Notes: generated from the sequence alone by a model not told the origin. 64,000 nt of DNA from Bdellovibrionota bacterium (GCA_965207455.1 CBDBMJ010000001.1:800001-864000), one strand, 5' to 3'. Counted from the first letter of the stretch, positions 11,684 through 20,278 are shown. Numbers and translations are program-made.

Positions 11684-12514
11684 TTATTCTTCATCATCAT
11701 CTAGTTGTTTTTTATCTGATAGTATATCTAATATTAATAAGCACTTTAATGAGGCAAACTTCATTTTATGATATTTAATATCTTCACCATGTAAAACAGC
11801 ATGCCTATTTGGATAGTCAGGAGTTGCTAGAATTTTGTATTTCTTCGTTTGTTCAAAAATCTGCTTTAAAATAGGCTCAAAGTCGAAATCGCTAGATATG
11901 TGTTTGAACCGTCTGTTATTATTCTTTTTATTTTTATAAACTTCATTAACATTTTTTTTCCAATTTTTATTTTTTCCTTGTTTGCTCATTTCGCTTAATC
12001 TCCTACAACATGCCTCGATCTGTATACAAAAAACTGGTACGCTTAACGCATGTTTTCCTTCTGCATGAGCGTATAAACATTCTTTAAAAATATCAGACCT
12101 TTCTGAAAAGAAATCATTTAAAACCCATGATTCTAATAACTCATCAATATTTTCCTTTTTTTGAAAAAAATCATCATAAAATTGAAGTATTGATTTTTTT
12201 TTATATTTTATTTCTTTTAATAAAATTGATACGTTGGATAGATCACTAAAGAATGGAATTAAAAATGCATCATGTTTTTTGAGGTGTTTTTCTAGTTCTT
12301 TTGCATTTTCAAAAAATTTTTCAAGTGGTTTATGAGGCTTGCTTAATAGAGGTATCCCAGATCGAATACTCTCAGTCACAGACGGAATCTTTATAATATC
12401 ATTAAGACGGTCAAATATTCTAAACGGAATTATTTTATGATAAATTTTCAGATCAGGTACAATAGACTGAACTATCTTTTTTAATGATGCATTCCAATTG
12501 TTTTGAGTGTTCAT
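11684..12514 (-). CDS. Hypothetical protein with C-terminal HEPN-like Rx4H motif
   Basis: NRHAVLHG near the C-terminus, with an upstream QIEA helix. Co-directional and 38 bp upstream of the PHP-ATPase. Confidence 0.6.
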   Translation of the reverse strand: MNTQNNWNASLKKIVQSIVPDLKIYHKIIPFRIFDRLNDIIKIPSVTESIRSGIPLLSKPHKPLEKFFENAKELEKHLKKHDAFLIPFFSDLSNVSILLKEIKYKKKSILQFYDDFFQKKENIDELLESWVLNDFFSERSDIFKECLYAHAEGKHALSVPVFCIQIEACCRRLSEMSKQGKNKNWKKNVNEVYKNKKNNNRRFKHISSDFDFEPILKQIFEQTKKYKILATPDYPNRHAVLHGEDIKYHKMKFASLKCLLILDILSDKKQLDDDEE

Positions 12515-12590
12515 AATATATTCCCTTTCTTTTAGAAAATTTGCTGGAGATTTGATATAAATTACCTAAATTTGCCTCAAAAAGTATACA

Positions 12591-14096
12591 CTACCGTTTT
12601 CGAAGCAGCTCTTTATTAACTGATTTTAAAATTTTTTCTTGACTCTTCGTAAAAGTGACAATTTTTGAAAACTCATATTTCTTTGAATTGCTCAAGTATA
12701 TTTTATAAACACCCCCTAGTTCTTTCATCGCTTTTTCTGAACTAATCCCAATTTCCTTTAATTTAAGCTTTAAAACAGAAAGTAATAAGTAAGATAAATA
12801 GCAAATAAAAACATGGGAAATAACCCTGTTATATAACCAATGACGAATAGGTCTAAGGTTTACAACACCCTTCAAACTTTTAAATGCCTTCTCTACAATA
12901 TCTTTTTCAAAATACAATCTAACAACTTCCTTATTCGTAATATTCTTCGTTGAAAAAATACATGAATATCCATCGAACTCCTCGGCCACCTCTAATTCAT
13001 TTTTTCTTACCCTGCCACTTGGACTAAGATATTTTTCAAGTCCTTTTTTTATTGCTTTTCCTTTTTTAATAGAATCTTGGGCGTTTAATATTTCAAAATA
13101 CCTAGATTCTTTTATATCTAATCGCATTCTTTCATTAAAGCAAACGATCAACTTACCAGACACATTGCCTATTTTATGTTTTTTACTTACTGCGTAGAAG
13201 GAATTGTTTTTCTTTAATGCAACTCGATTAGAGATATTAACCATAGAATTAAATTTTATAATTTTTCGTATTATTTTTTTCTCTGTATTTCTTATTGCAA
13301 TTCCACAAAGAATATTCTGACCTAATTTTTTGATATTTTTAATGTTCTCTATAGAGGTGCAACCTCTATCATAAATAAGTGTGCCTGTTTTCATTCCATA
13401 AAATGAAAGCTCATCAATCAGGCAAGAAATCGTTTTACTATCATGAATATTTCCATCAAACGTCTTATGGAAAATGGGAATGCCTTCTTTTTGAGTTACG
13501 CCCAATCCTATTTGAATTAAGGGCCTGTTATTTTTTCCATCTTTGCTTTTTCCTAATTTAGCCATTTGGCATTTTGTTCCATAAAGATACGTGTTGGTTA
13601 CATCATAAACTATTCCTGAAGATGCCAGTTTGCATTTGGATTTAACAGCTTGAAAAATATCTTTTTGCATTTGCTCTATCCTTGCATCGCTCAATGAGTC
13701 TAAGGCATGCAATAATCTTTTTTCTGTAAGCTCTTCCAAATTTAAAATTGTATTTAAATCTGTTCTCTTAAACCAATCTGGCATATGATTTACGCTTTTA
13801 TAATCCAGGCAATGTGCGTAAACCATACTTAATATCTCATTTGAATAGTCTCCTAGAATTTCGTGGAGACCTAAGTTTTTGGCAATATCATTCAGAACCA
13901 GAAGTGGACCATAGACTTTTACTGAGTCTACAGATAAATCTTTAGAGGAAATAGAAATTACTACTTCATTGTCGACCTCTTTTCCAACATAGCGAATATG
14001 GCGTTGCACCACTTTGCCATTAATTTTTTTATTTTCAACTTCAGCCAAATAAACCTTATTTCCCTTTCGTATTTTTCTTATAAAACTCATCCTCAT
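12591..14096 (-). CDS. IS1634-family DDE transposase
   Basis: YDVTNTY..G.SKD....QI.LG, FDGNIHD, YDRG, VEKAFKSLK...LRPIRHW...RV.SHVFIC. Confidence 0.92.
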   Translation of the reverse strand: MRMSFIRKIRKGNKVYLAEVENKKINGKVVQRHIRYVGKEVDNEVVISISSKDLSVDSVKVYGPLLVLNDIAKNLGLHEILGDYSNEILSMVYAHCLDYKSVNHMPDWFKRTDLNTILNLEELTEKRLLHALDSLSDARIEQMQKDIFQAVKSKCKLASSGIVYDVTNTYLYGTKCQMAKLGKSKDGKNNRPLIQIGLGVTQKEGIPIFHKTFDGNIHDSKTISCLIDELSFYGMKTGTLIYDRGCTSIENIKNIKKLGQNILCGIAIRNTEKKIIRKIIKFNSMVNISNRVALKKNNSFYAVSKKHKIGNVSGKLIVCFNERMRLDIKESRYFEILNAQDSIKKGKAIKKGLEKYLSPSGRVRKNELEVAEEFDGYSCIFSTKNITNKEVVRLYFEKDIVEKAFKSLKGVVNLRPIRHWLYNRVISHVFICYLSYLLLSVLKLKLKEIGISSEKAMKELGGVYKIYLSNSKKYEFSKIVTFTKSQEKILKSVNKELLRKR

Positions 14097-14116
14097 CCCT
14101 CCTAAGATAATAGCTT

Positions 14117-14158
14117 GGTAGTGTATATATTATACACTACCTCAAGCGTAAATGTCAA
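14117..14158 (-). promoter_or_regulatory. Sigma70-type transposase promoter overlapped by an 11-bp palindrome
   Basis: TTGACA (14158-14153), N18, TATAAT (14134-14129). GGTAGTGTATA-tat-TATACACTACC at 14117-14141. Confidence 0.65.
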
Positions 14159-14517
14159 GCAACTAAATATTATAAACGGTCCAAAAGATGCGATTTACAG
14201 AGGAAAGAAGACAGTTCCGGTATGAATTTTTGAAAGATTTTTCAAGTAGTGTATATTTTTTGAGGCGAATTCAGGTAAATTAGAAAGCATTGCATATCAC
14301 GTTGTCAAGGGAGAGAATTTTTCATTACAAAAAATAAATGAAAGTATTAATAATCATCACCAGCAAGACGCATGGCAAGGATATTACCGGTAGCAACATA
14401 TACAACTGCAAACTTATTCCAAATCTAGCCCTTCCAGAAGAGAATCCATAAAAGATGCCACCTTGATAGGCTTACTTCTTGAGGAAGCACCCCACCTACC
14501 AATGCAGCATGAGACCT

Positions 14518-14694
14518 CTATTTCGCCCACTCTGGGTTAAATTTTTCACTTATGATGGATGGGCTCTTCCAGTTTACTTTTAGAAACTGCCTACGGTACT
14601 CCCGGAGGCGCACAAGGCAATCCTTGGTTTCGAGGCAGCCTTTGAGTGCGGAGGTGCTGCTTGGTCCGAGGTCGAGCAGTATGGTGGTAGTACT
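14518..14694 (-). pseudogene. Decayed small secreted peptide gene, family B copy 1 (no start codon)
   Basis: Open 58-codon stretch ..ILLDLG.SS.SALKGCLETKDCLVRLREYRRQFLKVNWKSPSIISEKFNPEWAK*. Shows synonymous differences from copy 2. Confidence 0.55.
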
Positions 14695-14848
14695 TTAAGG
14701 GCACAGAAAATGATGCCTTTTCCACAGATCAGGCAAGCCCGTACAAACATTGAAAAAACAACAAACACACAGGCACTACTCCATTTTGACGGCACTAGAA
14801 GTGTTCTAAGCACTGCCATTTTTCTCATTTGCTAGTTTTTTGATAGTA

Positions 14849-15166
14849 TTATTTTTGCGTTGTTGCCTCTTCATTTCCTGTTTTCAGGCATTCTGTTTGT
14901 TCCTGAATCAAATCACGATTTTTCTTGCGATCAGTCCATGTAAACTTATAACAATTTTCAGTAACACTAGGTTTGGAGTTTATTCGCTTGCAATACCTAA
15001 CCACGTCAGGAGTTAGCATGTCTATGTCACATCTTAATTGGCATAATGCATCGCAATTAGGAAACTTCTCCACATAATCCTCAGGATGAGCCTCGGCAGT
15101 TGTTGATAAAAAGCCCACAGCTAGGCAAAGGACTAGAGTGGCGTATCGTTTTTTTATTTTTGTCAT
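14849..15166 (-). CDS. Secreted Cys-rich miniprotein, family A copy 1
   Basis: Sec signal peptide ending AEA, 6 Cys in the mature part, SD GAAAGGAAG, and an intact paralogue. Confidence 0.8.
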   Translation of the reverse strand: MTKIKKRYATLVLCLAVGFLSTTAEAHPEDYVEKFPNCDALCQLRCDIDMLTPDVVRYCKRINSKPSVTENCYKFTWTDRKKNRDLIQEQTECLKTGNEEATTQK

Positions 15167-15330
15167 TTTTTATTCTTCCTTTCATTTTTTTCAACAAGCG
15201 TTATTGCTTGTTGGTTTCTATATATACAACAAATAATTCACTGCATCAATAGTTTTTTGCCCTTACAGCAGTCTTTTTTACCATGGACCTCAAACTTTGG
15301 TTTTGCCTCACTAACGCCCCTTGAGAGCCT

Positions 15331-15493
15331 CTATTTCGCCCACTCTGGTTGAATTTCTCATTTAGGGTGTATGGGGGCTTCATTTTATCCTTAAAAGCTG
15401 CCTGCGGTACTCTCTGAGGCGCACAAGGCAGTCCTTGGTTTCGAGGCAGCCTTCGAGTGCGGAGCTGCTGCTGAGTCCGAGGTCGATCAACAT
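15331..15493 (-). pseudogene. Decayed small peptide gene, family B copy 2 (two 1-bp deletions)
   Basis: MLIDLGLSSSSALEGCLETKDCLVRLREYRRQLLRIK*, then frameshifted KPPYTLNEKFN/EWAK*. Confidence 0.5.
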
Positions 15494-15662
15494 ATAGTGC
15501 TTTAAGGCACAGACGAAAATGATACCTTTTCCACAGATCAGGCAAGCCCGTACGAACATTGTTAGTAAAAAACAACAAATACACAGGCATTACTCCATTT
15601 TGACGGCACTAGAAGTGTTCTAAGCACCGCCATTTTTCTCATTTGCTAGTTTTTTGATAGTA

Positions 15663-15980
15663 TTATTTTTGCCTCGTTGCCTCTTCATTTTTTGTTTTCA
15701 AGCATTCTGCTTGTTTCTGAATCAAAGCACGCTTACTCTTCTCGAAAACACTCAAATACTCATAACACGACTCAGTAACATCAGGTCTGGATCCTATTTG
15801 CTTGCAATACCTAGCCACTTCAGGAGTGAGCGTGTCTATGTCACATCTCATTTGGCACAAAGCGCTGCAATTAGGAAACTTCTCCACATAATCCTCAGGA
15901 TGAGCCTCGGCAGTTGTTGATAAAAAGCCCACAGCTAGGCAAAGGACTAGAGTGGCGTATCGTTTTTTTATTTTTGTCAT
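15663..15980 (-). CDS. Secreted Cys-rich miniprotein, family A copy 2
   Basis: Same signal peptide and Cys scaffold as copy 1. Preceded by TTGACG-N17-TATATA. Confidence 0.8.
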   Translation of the reverse strand: MTKIKKRYATLVLCLAVGFLSTTAEAHPEDYVEKFPNCSALCQMRCDIDTLTPEVARYCKQIGSRPDVTESCYEYLSVFEKSKRALIQKQAECLKTKNEEATRQK

Positions 15981-16034
15981 TTTTTATTCTTCCTTTCATT
16001 TTTTGCAACAAGCGTTATTGCTTGTTGGTTTCTA

Positions 16035-16063
16035 TATATACAACAAATAATTTGCCGCGTCAA
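16035..16063 (-). promoter_or_regulatory. Sigma70-like promoter of the miniprotein gene
   Basis: TTGACG-N17-TATATA. The equivalent in the other unit is TTGATG-N17-TATATA (15249 downward). Confidence 0.55.
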
Positions 16064-16144
16064 TAGTTTTTTGCCCTTACAGCAGTTTTTTTTACCATGG
16101 ACCTCAAACTTTGGTTTTGCCTTACTAACGCCCCCTGAGAGCCT

Positions 16145-16274
16145 CTATTTCGCCCACTCTGGGTCGCACAAGGCAGTCCTTGGTTTCGAGGCAGCCTTCG
16201 AGTGCGGAGCTGCTGCTCAATGCGAGGTCGAGCAGTATGGTGATGATGAGTTTGGGGTCTGTGTTGTTCTCCTT
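16145..16274 (-). pseudogene. Family B copy 3 (internal deletion; SD kept, ACA at the start position)
   Basis: AAGGAG-N6-ACA then DPKLIITILLDLALSSSSALEGCLETKDCLVR, joined directly to the PEWAK* tail. Confidence 0.45.
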
Positions 16275-16354
16275 TTTGGTTTTGTTATTTTTACTCTTTG
16301 TCGAATCATGAGATATTGAATACGGAAGAAACGTCTGACCATTTCACTTTCATT

Positions 16355-16424
16355 ATTTGTATGAGGGGATCGCCAATTCTCAGGTGATCACTTGACCTCA
16401 GGCGATCAGCAAAGTCATACAAAT
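16355..16424. other. 70-bp imperfect nested palindrome / stem-loop
   Basis: Three paired arms: ATTTGTATGA/TCATACAAAT, GATCGCC/GGCGATC, TCAGGTGA/TCACTTGA. Confidence 0.6.
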
Positions 16425-16581
16425 TGGATCAATAGGCCCTGATTTGCCCTGATTTTACCTGTTGTCAGGTGAAGATTCCTCTATACAAATACTAACTATG
16501 GACTGTCTAATCTCTCGTTTTTATTGTGTTTTTTGTTTTTTTCTGGTTTTAACTGATTTTCTTAAAAATGATGCTTCGTGT

Positions 16582-16939
16582 TGGTGGAGGTGGTGGGAAT
16601 CGAACCCACGTCCGAAAAATATCAACCTGATGCCCTACGAGTGTAGTTTATGCTTTAAGCTTAGCCATTGGTCTTTCATAAACAAAATACCAATGACCGC
16701 AATTGACTAAAGTTTCGGAAATAAACGGTCAATTAGCCTTTATTTCCTAACCCACATTGACGACAATCCTTTCCAGCGACGTGGGTGGCCACCAGAAGGA
16801 TCGCACTGCTATAACAAGTTACGCAGCGATAGCAAGATTATTGCCATTTTATGTTTTTGCTACCGGTTTTACGAGGCCTGGTAGCACCTCGACTCGCACA
16901 AACAGGTATCCAGTTTCCCGTCGAAACCAGTACACCCCC
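16582..16939 (-). ncRNA. ssrA: tmRNA
   Basis: 5' GGGGGTGTACTGGTTTCGAC. 3' GTGGGTTCGATTCCCACCACCTCCACCA with a G3-U Ala acceptor stem. Internal tag GGC AAT AAT CTT GCT ATC GCT GCG TAA (GNNLAIAA). 358 nt. Confidence 0.96.
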
Positions 16940-17061
16940 CTGAATTCCTCTTAGAATAGCAGGATCCCAGTTAAAAAGCCAGTGGACTTGAGGCAAACGC
17001 TTTAAAACGCTTAGGGTTTCCCCTAGCATCTCCCCTGGGAGAGCCTCATAATTTCATAAGT

Positions 17062-19231
17062 ATGAACTTTTTTTCCAAACACATAAGCCTAATCGGTGTA
17101 TTTCTTATTTTCCTAACCTGTGCTTTTTTTGTGATTTTCGGCAAAGTAAACGAAACTGCCCTAACCCTAGAGAATCAATTCTATGATGCTCGTAGCACTT
17201 TTCTCTATAAACATAAAAAAAAGAGCCCTAACATTATAGTACTTACCATTGACGATCACAGCTTAAAGCTTCTAGGACGATGGCCCCTTTCTCGCAGTGT
17301 ATGGTCGCAAGTAATAGATAAACTCCACCTTTTAGGCGCGAAAACGATAGCCTTTGATATTATTTTTGCAGAAGAAGAGAAAATATGCCAAGGCATCTCT
17401 CCAGATAAATCCTTTGCCAAAGCCATTCGTAGATTCCAAAAAACCCCCGGACGCCATATTATCCTTGCCTATTCCCTAGAATCCCATTTCCATGAACAAA
17501 AGGACATAAAAAGAAATATAGCAAATATTGGGGAAAATCTATCCATCAGCGCTTCTGTGGAGTCCACTCGTCCTTTTATTTTCCCAGATACCTCTCCCAT
17601 TCCTATTCTCCTAGCAGCTCAACCTAAGCTTGCTTTTGTGGATGGTCAGCCCGATAGCGATGGGGTGTTTCGTAAAAATATTATACTGAAATACGAACAC
17701 AGCGTGGCCGTGCCATCATTAAGTCTTGCTGCCTTTCAACAATATCATGCTCATACTGCCCACTACCATAGAAACAAGAATCTCCATGAACTAAGACTCA
17801 CCAGCAAAGAAAAAGTATGGCCGTTAGAATTAAATGCTAGGGGGAGAGGCCAGAGTTCGATTTTTTGGAAATGAAAAGAACTTTCAAAGCATGCCCATCC
17901 ATGTATTTTTAAAAACCCCTCTTGAGGATCAAGCTCTTCATCAAACGTTCCAAGATAAAATGATCTTTATTGGATCCACTGCATTGGGAGCCCATGACCT
18001 ACGGCACACCCCCGTAAGTGCCACTCTTCCCGGCGTGTACTCCCATGCAAATACTTTTCATATGCTAGAATCCCAAACAGCATTTCAAGAAAATACGAAA
18101 AACATTAATCTTTCTTTACTCATCCTCCTCACAGGAACCATACTCCTAGTAGCACTCCTCAAAATATCCTCTCCCTTATGCCATATTTTGGGTTTATGTT
18201 TTCTGGTAATTCTCACCATATCCCTAGATCATTATTACTTCATACCTAATGGATATATCCTTTCTTTGTTTTTTATTTTATTTGCTTTTGTTCTGTCGTA
18301 TACGTGGGTTACTTTGATCTCATTTATCCAATCTGCAAAGGAAAGAAAAAAAATACGCAGCACATTTACTCGTTATGTATCTCCAGATATCGTAAAAGAA
18401 ATGCTGGAAAATCCAGAACTGCTAAAGGTTGGCGGTGAAAAAAAGATGGTCTCCATGATCTTTTCGGACATTCGTGACTTCACAGCAATCAGCGAAATCC
18501 TCTCTCCCACAGAACTCAGTCAATTACTGAATCAATACATGGGACGTATGACCGACATTCTCTTTCAAACAAAAGGCACTCTGGATAAGTACATAGGAGA
18601 TGCCATTGTGGGCTTTTGGGGAGCACCCATAGAAATGCCCAATCATGCTCATCAAGCTGTCTCTGGAGCCTTGGCGATGGTAGAAGCCCTTCCTAAAATT
18701 AATCATGCCTTTGCAACCCAAGGCTTTCCTAAAATTAGCATGGGTATTGGTTTAAATACAGGAGAAGTATCTGTGGGAAATATGGGATCTGAGAAAATAT
18801 TTGCCTACACTGCTCTAGGAGACCAAATGAATTTAACTTCACGCCTAGAGGGATTAAATAAATTCTATGGCACTAAACTCATTATTTCTGAAAATACTTT
18901 TAAAGCGCTGGAAGAACACAAAAATAACTTTTCTATTCGATCCATGGATATAGTGAGAGTAAAGGGAAGGAAAAAAACTGTGGGAATTTATGAAGTTTTG
19001 GATTCTGAACACTGCTTATTTGGTCGGTCAAACTCTATAGAGGAGTTCAATCAAGCTTACAAACTATATATGAAAAAAGAATTCCAAGAAGCTCAGAAAA
19101 TATTTAATAAACTAACAGAAGAATACCCCCAAGATATAAATTCCCAAAGAATGGAAAATAATTGCAAAAACTACCTACTCTGTCCTCCTTCAAGGGAATG
19201 GGATGGCGCCACTACTTTCACTAGTAAGTAA
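17062..19231 (+). pseudogene. CHASE2-domain adenylate/guanylate cyclase split by a +1 frameshift
   Basis: CHASE2 motifs (IDD.SL..LGRWP, DSDGVFR, PGV.SHAN) and class III cyclase motifs (FSDIRDFT, DKYIGDA, GD.MNL.SRLEG). Removing one G from the G5 run at 17840-17844 fuses the two ORFs. Confidence 0.85.
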
Positions 19232-19264
19232 TTTAACGTCTAATTTAACGTCTAATTTAACGTC
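19229..19264. repeat. 3 x 12-bp tandem repeat TAATTTAACGTC
   Basis: Read directly. The unit contains both convergent stop codons. Confidence 0.9.
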
Positions 19265-19442
19265 TTTTATTTTCTGGTGGAAGTATCTCATCAGGTTCTA
19301 ATACTTCAACGGATTCATCGGGATTTTCTTTTGTTTCTCGCAGGGAATTTTTAAAAGCCTGTTTAAATCTATGGATTATCTTTTTGTTGCGAAAAATCAG
19401 GAAAAAAATGGCTGCAAGGACTAAGATTTTAAAAATTATCAT
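19257..19442 (-). CDS. Small membrane-anchored hypothetical protein
   Basis: N-terminal hydrophobic helix and charged tail. Start overlaps the lipase end. Confidence 0.6.
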   Translation of the reverse strand: MIIFKILVLAAIFFLIFRNKKIIHRFKQAFKNSLRETKENPDESVEVLEPDEILPPENKRR

Positions 19443-20247
19443 TTTCTAACCTTTCTATAATTTTTTGATACATAGCTAAGCTAGCCTTCTTATTGGGCCA
19501 CCGGAGCGTATGATGATTGAGTTGACCTAAATGATCCAAGGGTAGCCTTGCAATGACCTCCCCCCATTCTTGAGAAGATTCTGGCACCATTCCATCGTTC
19601 TTCTCTTTACTCTCTGGCACTCCCAATAGTCGGAGCAGTAGATTGGGAAAGTATAATAACGGACTTAAAGTTCCATCCCATACCTCTCCCCAACCAATAA
19701 CCGAATAATAACGAACCTTGGGACTATCGATCACATTGGGATTAAATTGATCTCTCATATAAGTAGTGCGCAATTCCCAAAGAAAGGGACGTACCTTTAA
19801 ATCATATTGCAAGAGACGCAATACTTGGTACCAAAATTTTTCTCCCTCCATTTGATCATAAGCCCAATCTGCTATGGGGCTACCTCTGTTGGGAGCAGCA
19901 ATTCCCGTAAGGGAAATAATATTCTCATACCCAAGAACGGAAATGAGGTAACGGGCATCCAAGGCACCCATGGAATGACCAATAATATTTACTTTTTTAT
20001 TGAGATAATGCTTTTGCAAAAAATCTCGTAAAAAAACAGCCCGATCAGCCACCTTAGTATTTAAAGGCAACTCTGCTACTTTTACTTCCACTCCCTGATC
20101 CTTTAAGTACTCAGGTATGCCTTGAAAATAAGGACCTAGCTTCAACGGCCCAACTCGCATTATTCCGTTTCCCTGCCCTGCTCCAGGCACTAAAACAACC
20201 GGGTGGCGCAAAGAAATCTTGGCAAGCCCCGTTTCCACAAAAAACAA
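19429..20247 (-). CDS. Triacylglycerol lipase-like alpha/beta hydrolase
   Basis: PVVLVPG, IIGHSMG.LDARY, P..GS..AD, NDGMV, DH. Start codon uncertain. Confidence 0.85.
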   Translation of the reverse strand: MFFVETGLAKISLRHPVVLVPGAGQGNGIMRVGPLKLGPYFQGIPEYLKDQGVEVKVAELPLNTKVADRAVFLRDFLQKHYLNKKVNIIGHSMGALDARYLISVLGYENIISLTGIAAPNRGSPIADWAYDQMEGEKFWYQVLRLLQYDLKVRPFLWELRTTYMRDQFNPNVIDSPKVRYYSVIGWGEVWDGTLSPLLYFPNLLLRLLGVPESKEKNDGMVPESSQEWGEVIARLPLDHLGQLNHHTLRWPNKKASLAMYQKIIERLENDNF

Positions 20248-20278
20248 AGACAGGAATAAAAAAAATGAGGAAAAAATA

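Larger units (their letters stand above)
12565..14275 (-). mobile_element. IS1634-family insertion sequence
   Basis: 30-bp imperfect IRs (CCTAAATTTGCCTCAAAAAGTATACACTAC / 14246-14275). Flanked by direct repeat TAAATTA (12558-12564, 14276-14282). Confidence 0.9.
14512..16245. repeat. Tandem duplication of an ~814-bp unit (2 copies plus a partial third)
   Basis: Blocks such as CCTCTATTTCGCCCACTCTGG and GCACAAGGCA.TCCTTGGTTTCGAGGCAGCC recur three times. The paralogous ORFs are offset by exactly 814 bp. Confidence 0.92.

Noticed and set aside
15192..15213. CAACAAGC-N6-GCTTGTTG hairpin as an intrinsic terminator
   Set aside because: It lies between promoter and SD and is followed by A's on the coding strand. 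More likely a leader hairpin or operator; function unsupported.
14580..15590. ORF-track entries 14580-14828 and 15246-15590 as genes
   Set aside because: Their frames are not conserved between repeat copies, and the synonymous pattern favours a different frame.
14849..15980. Diversity-generating retroelement TR/VR pair
   Set aside because: Differences between the copies involve all four bases rather than only adenines, both copies are intact genes, and no reverse transcriptase is present.
14512..16245. CRISPR array or integron cassette array
   Set aside because: Repeats are ~814-bp gene-containing units. There is no short repeat/spacer periodicity, no cas gene, no attC cores and no integrase.
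16462..17029. Small ORFs overlapping 16.5-17.0 kb, or a tRNA call
   Set aside because: They overlap tmRNA; the tRNA-like end belongs to ssrA.
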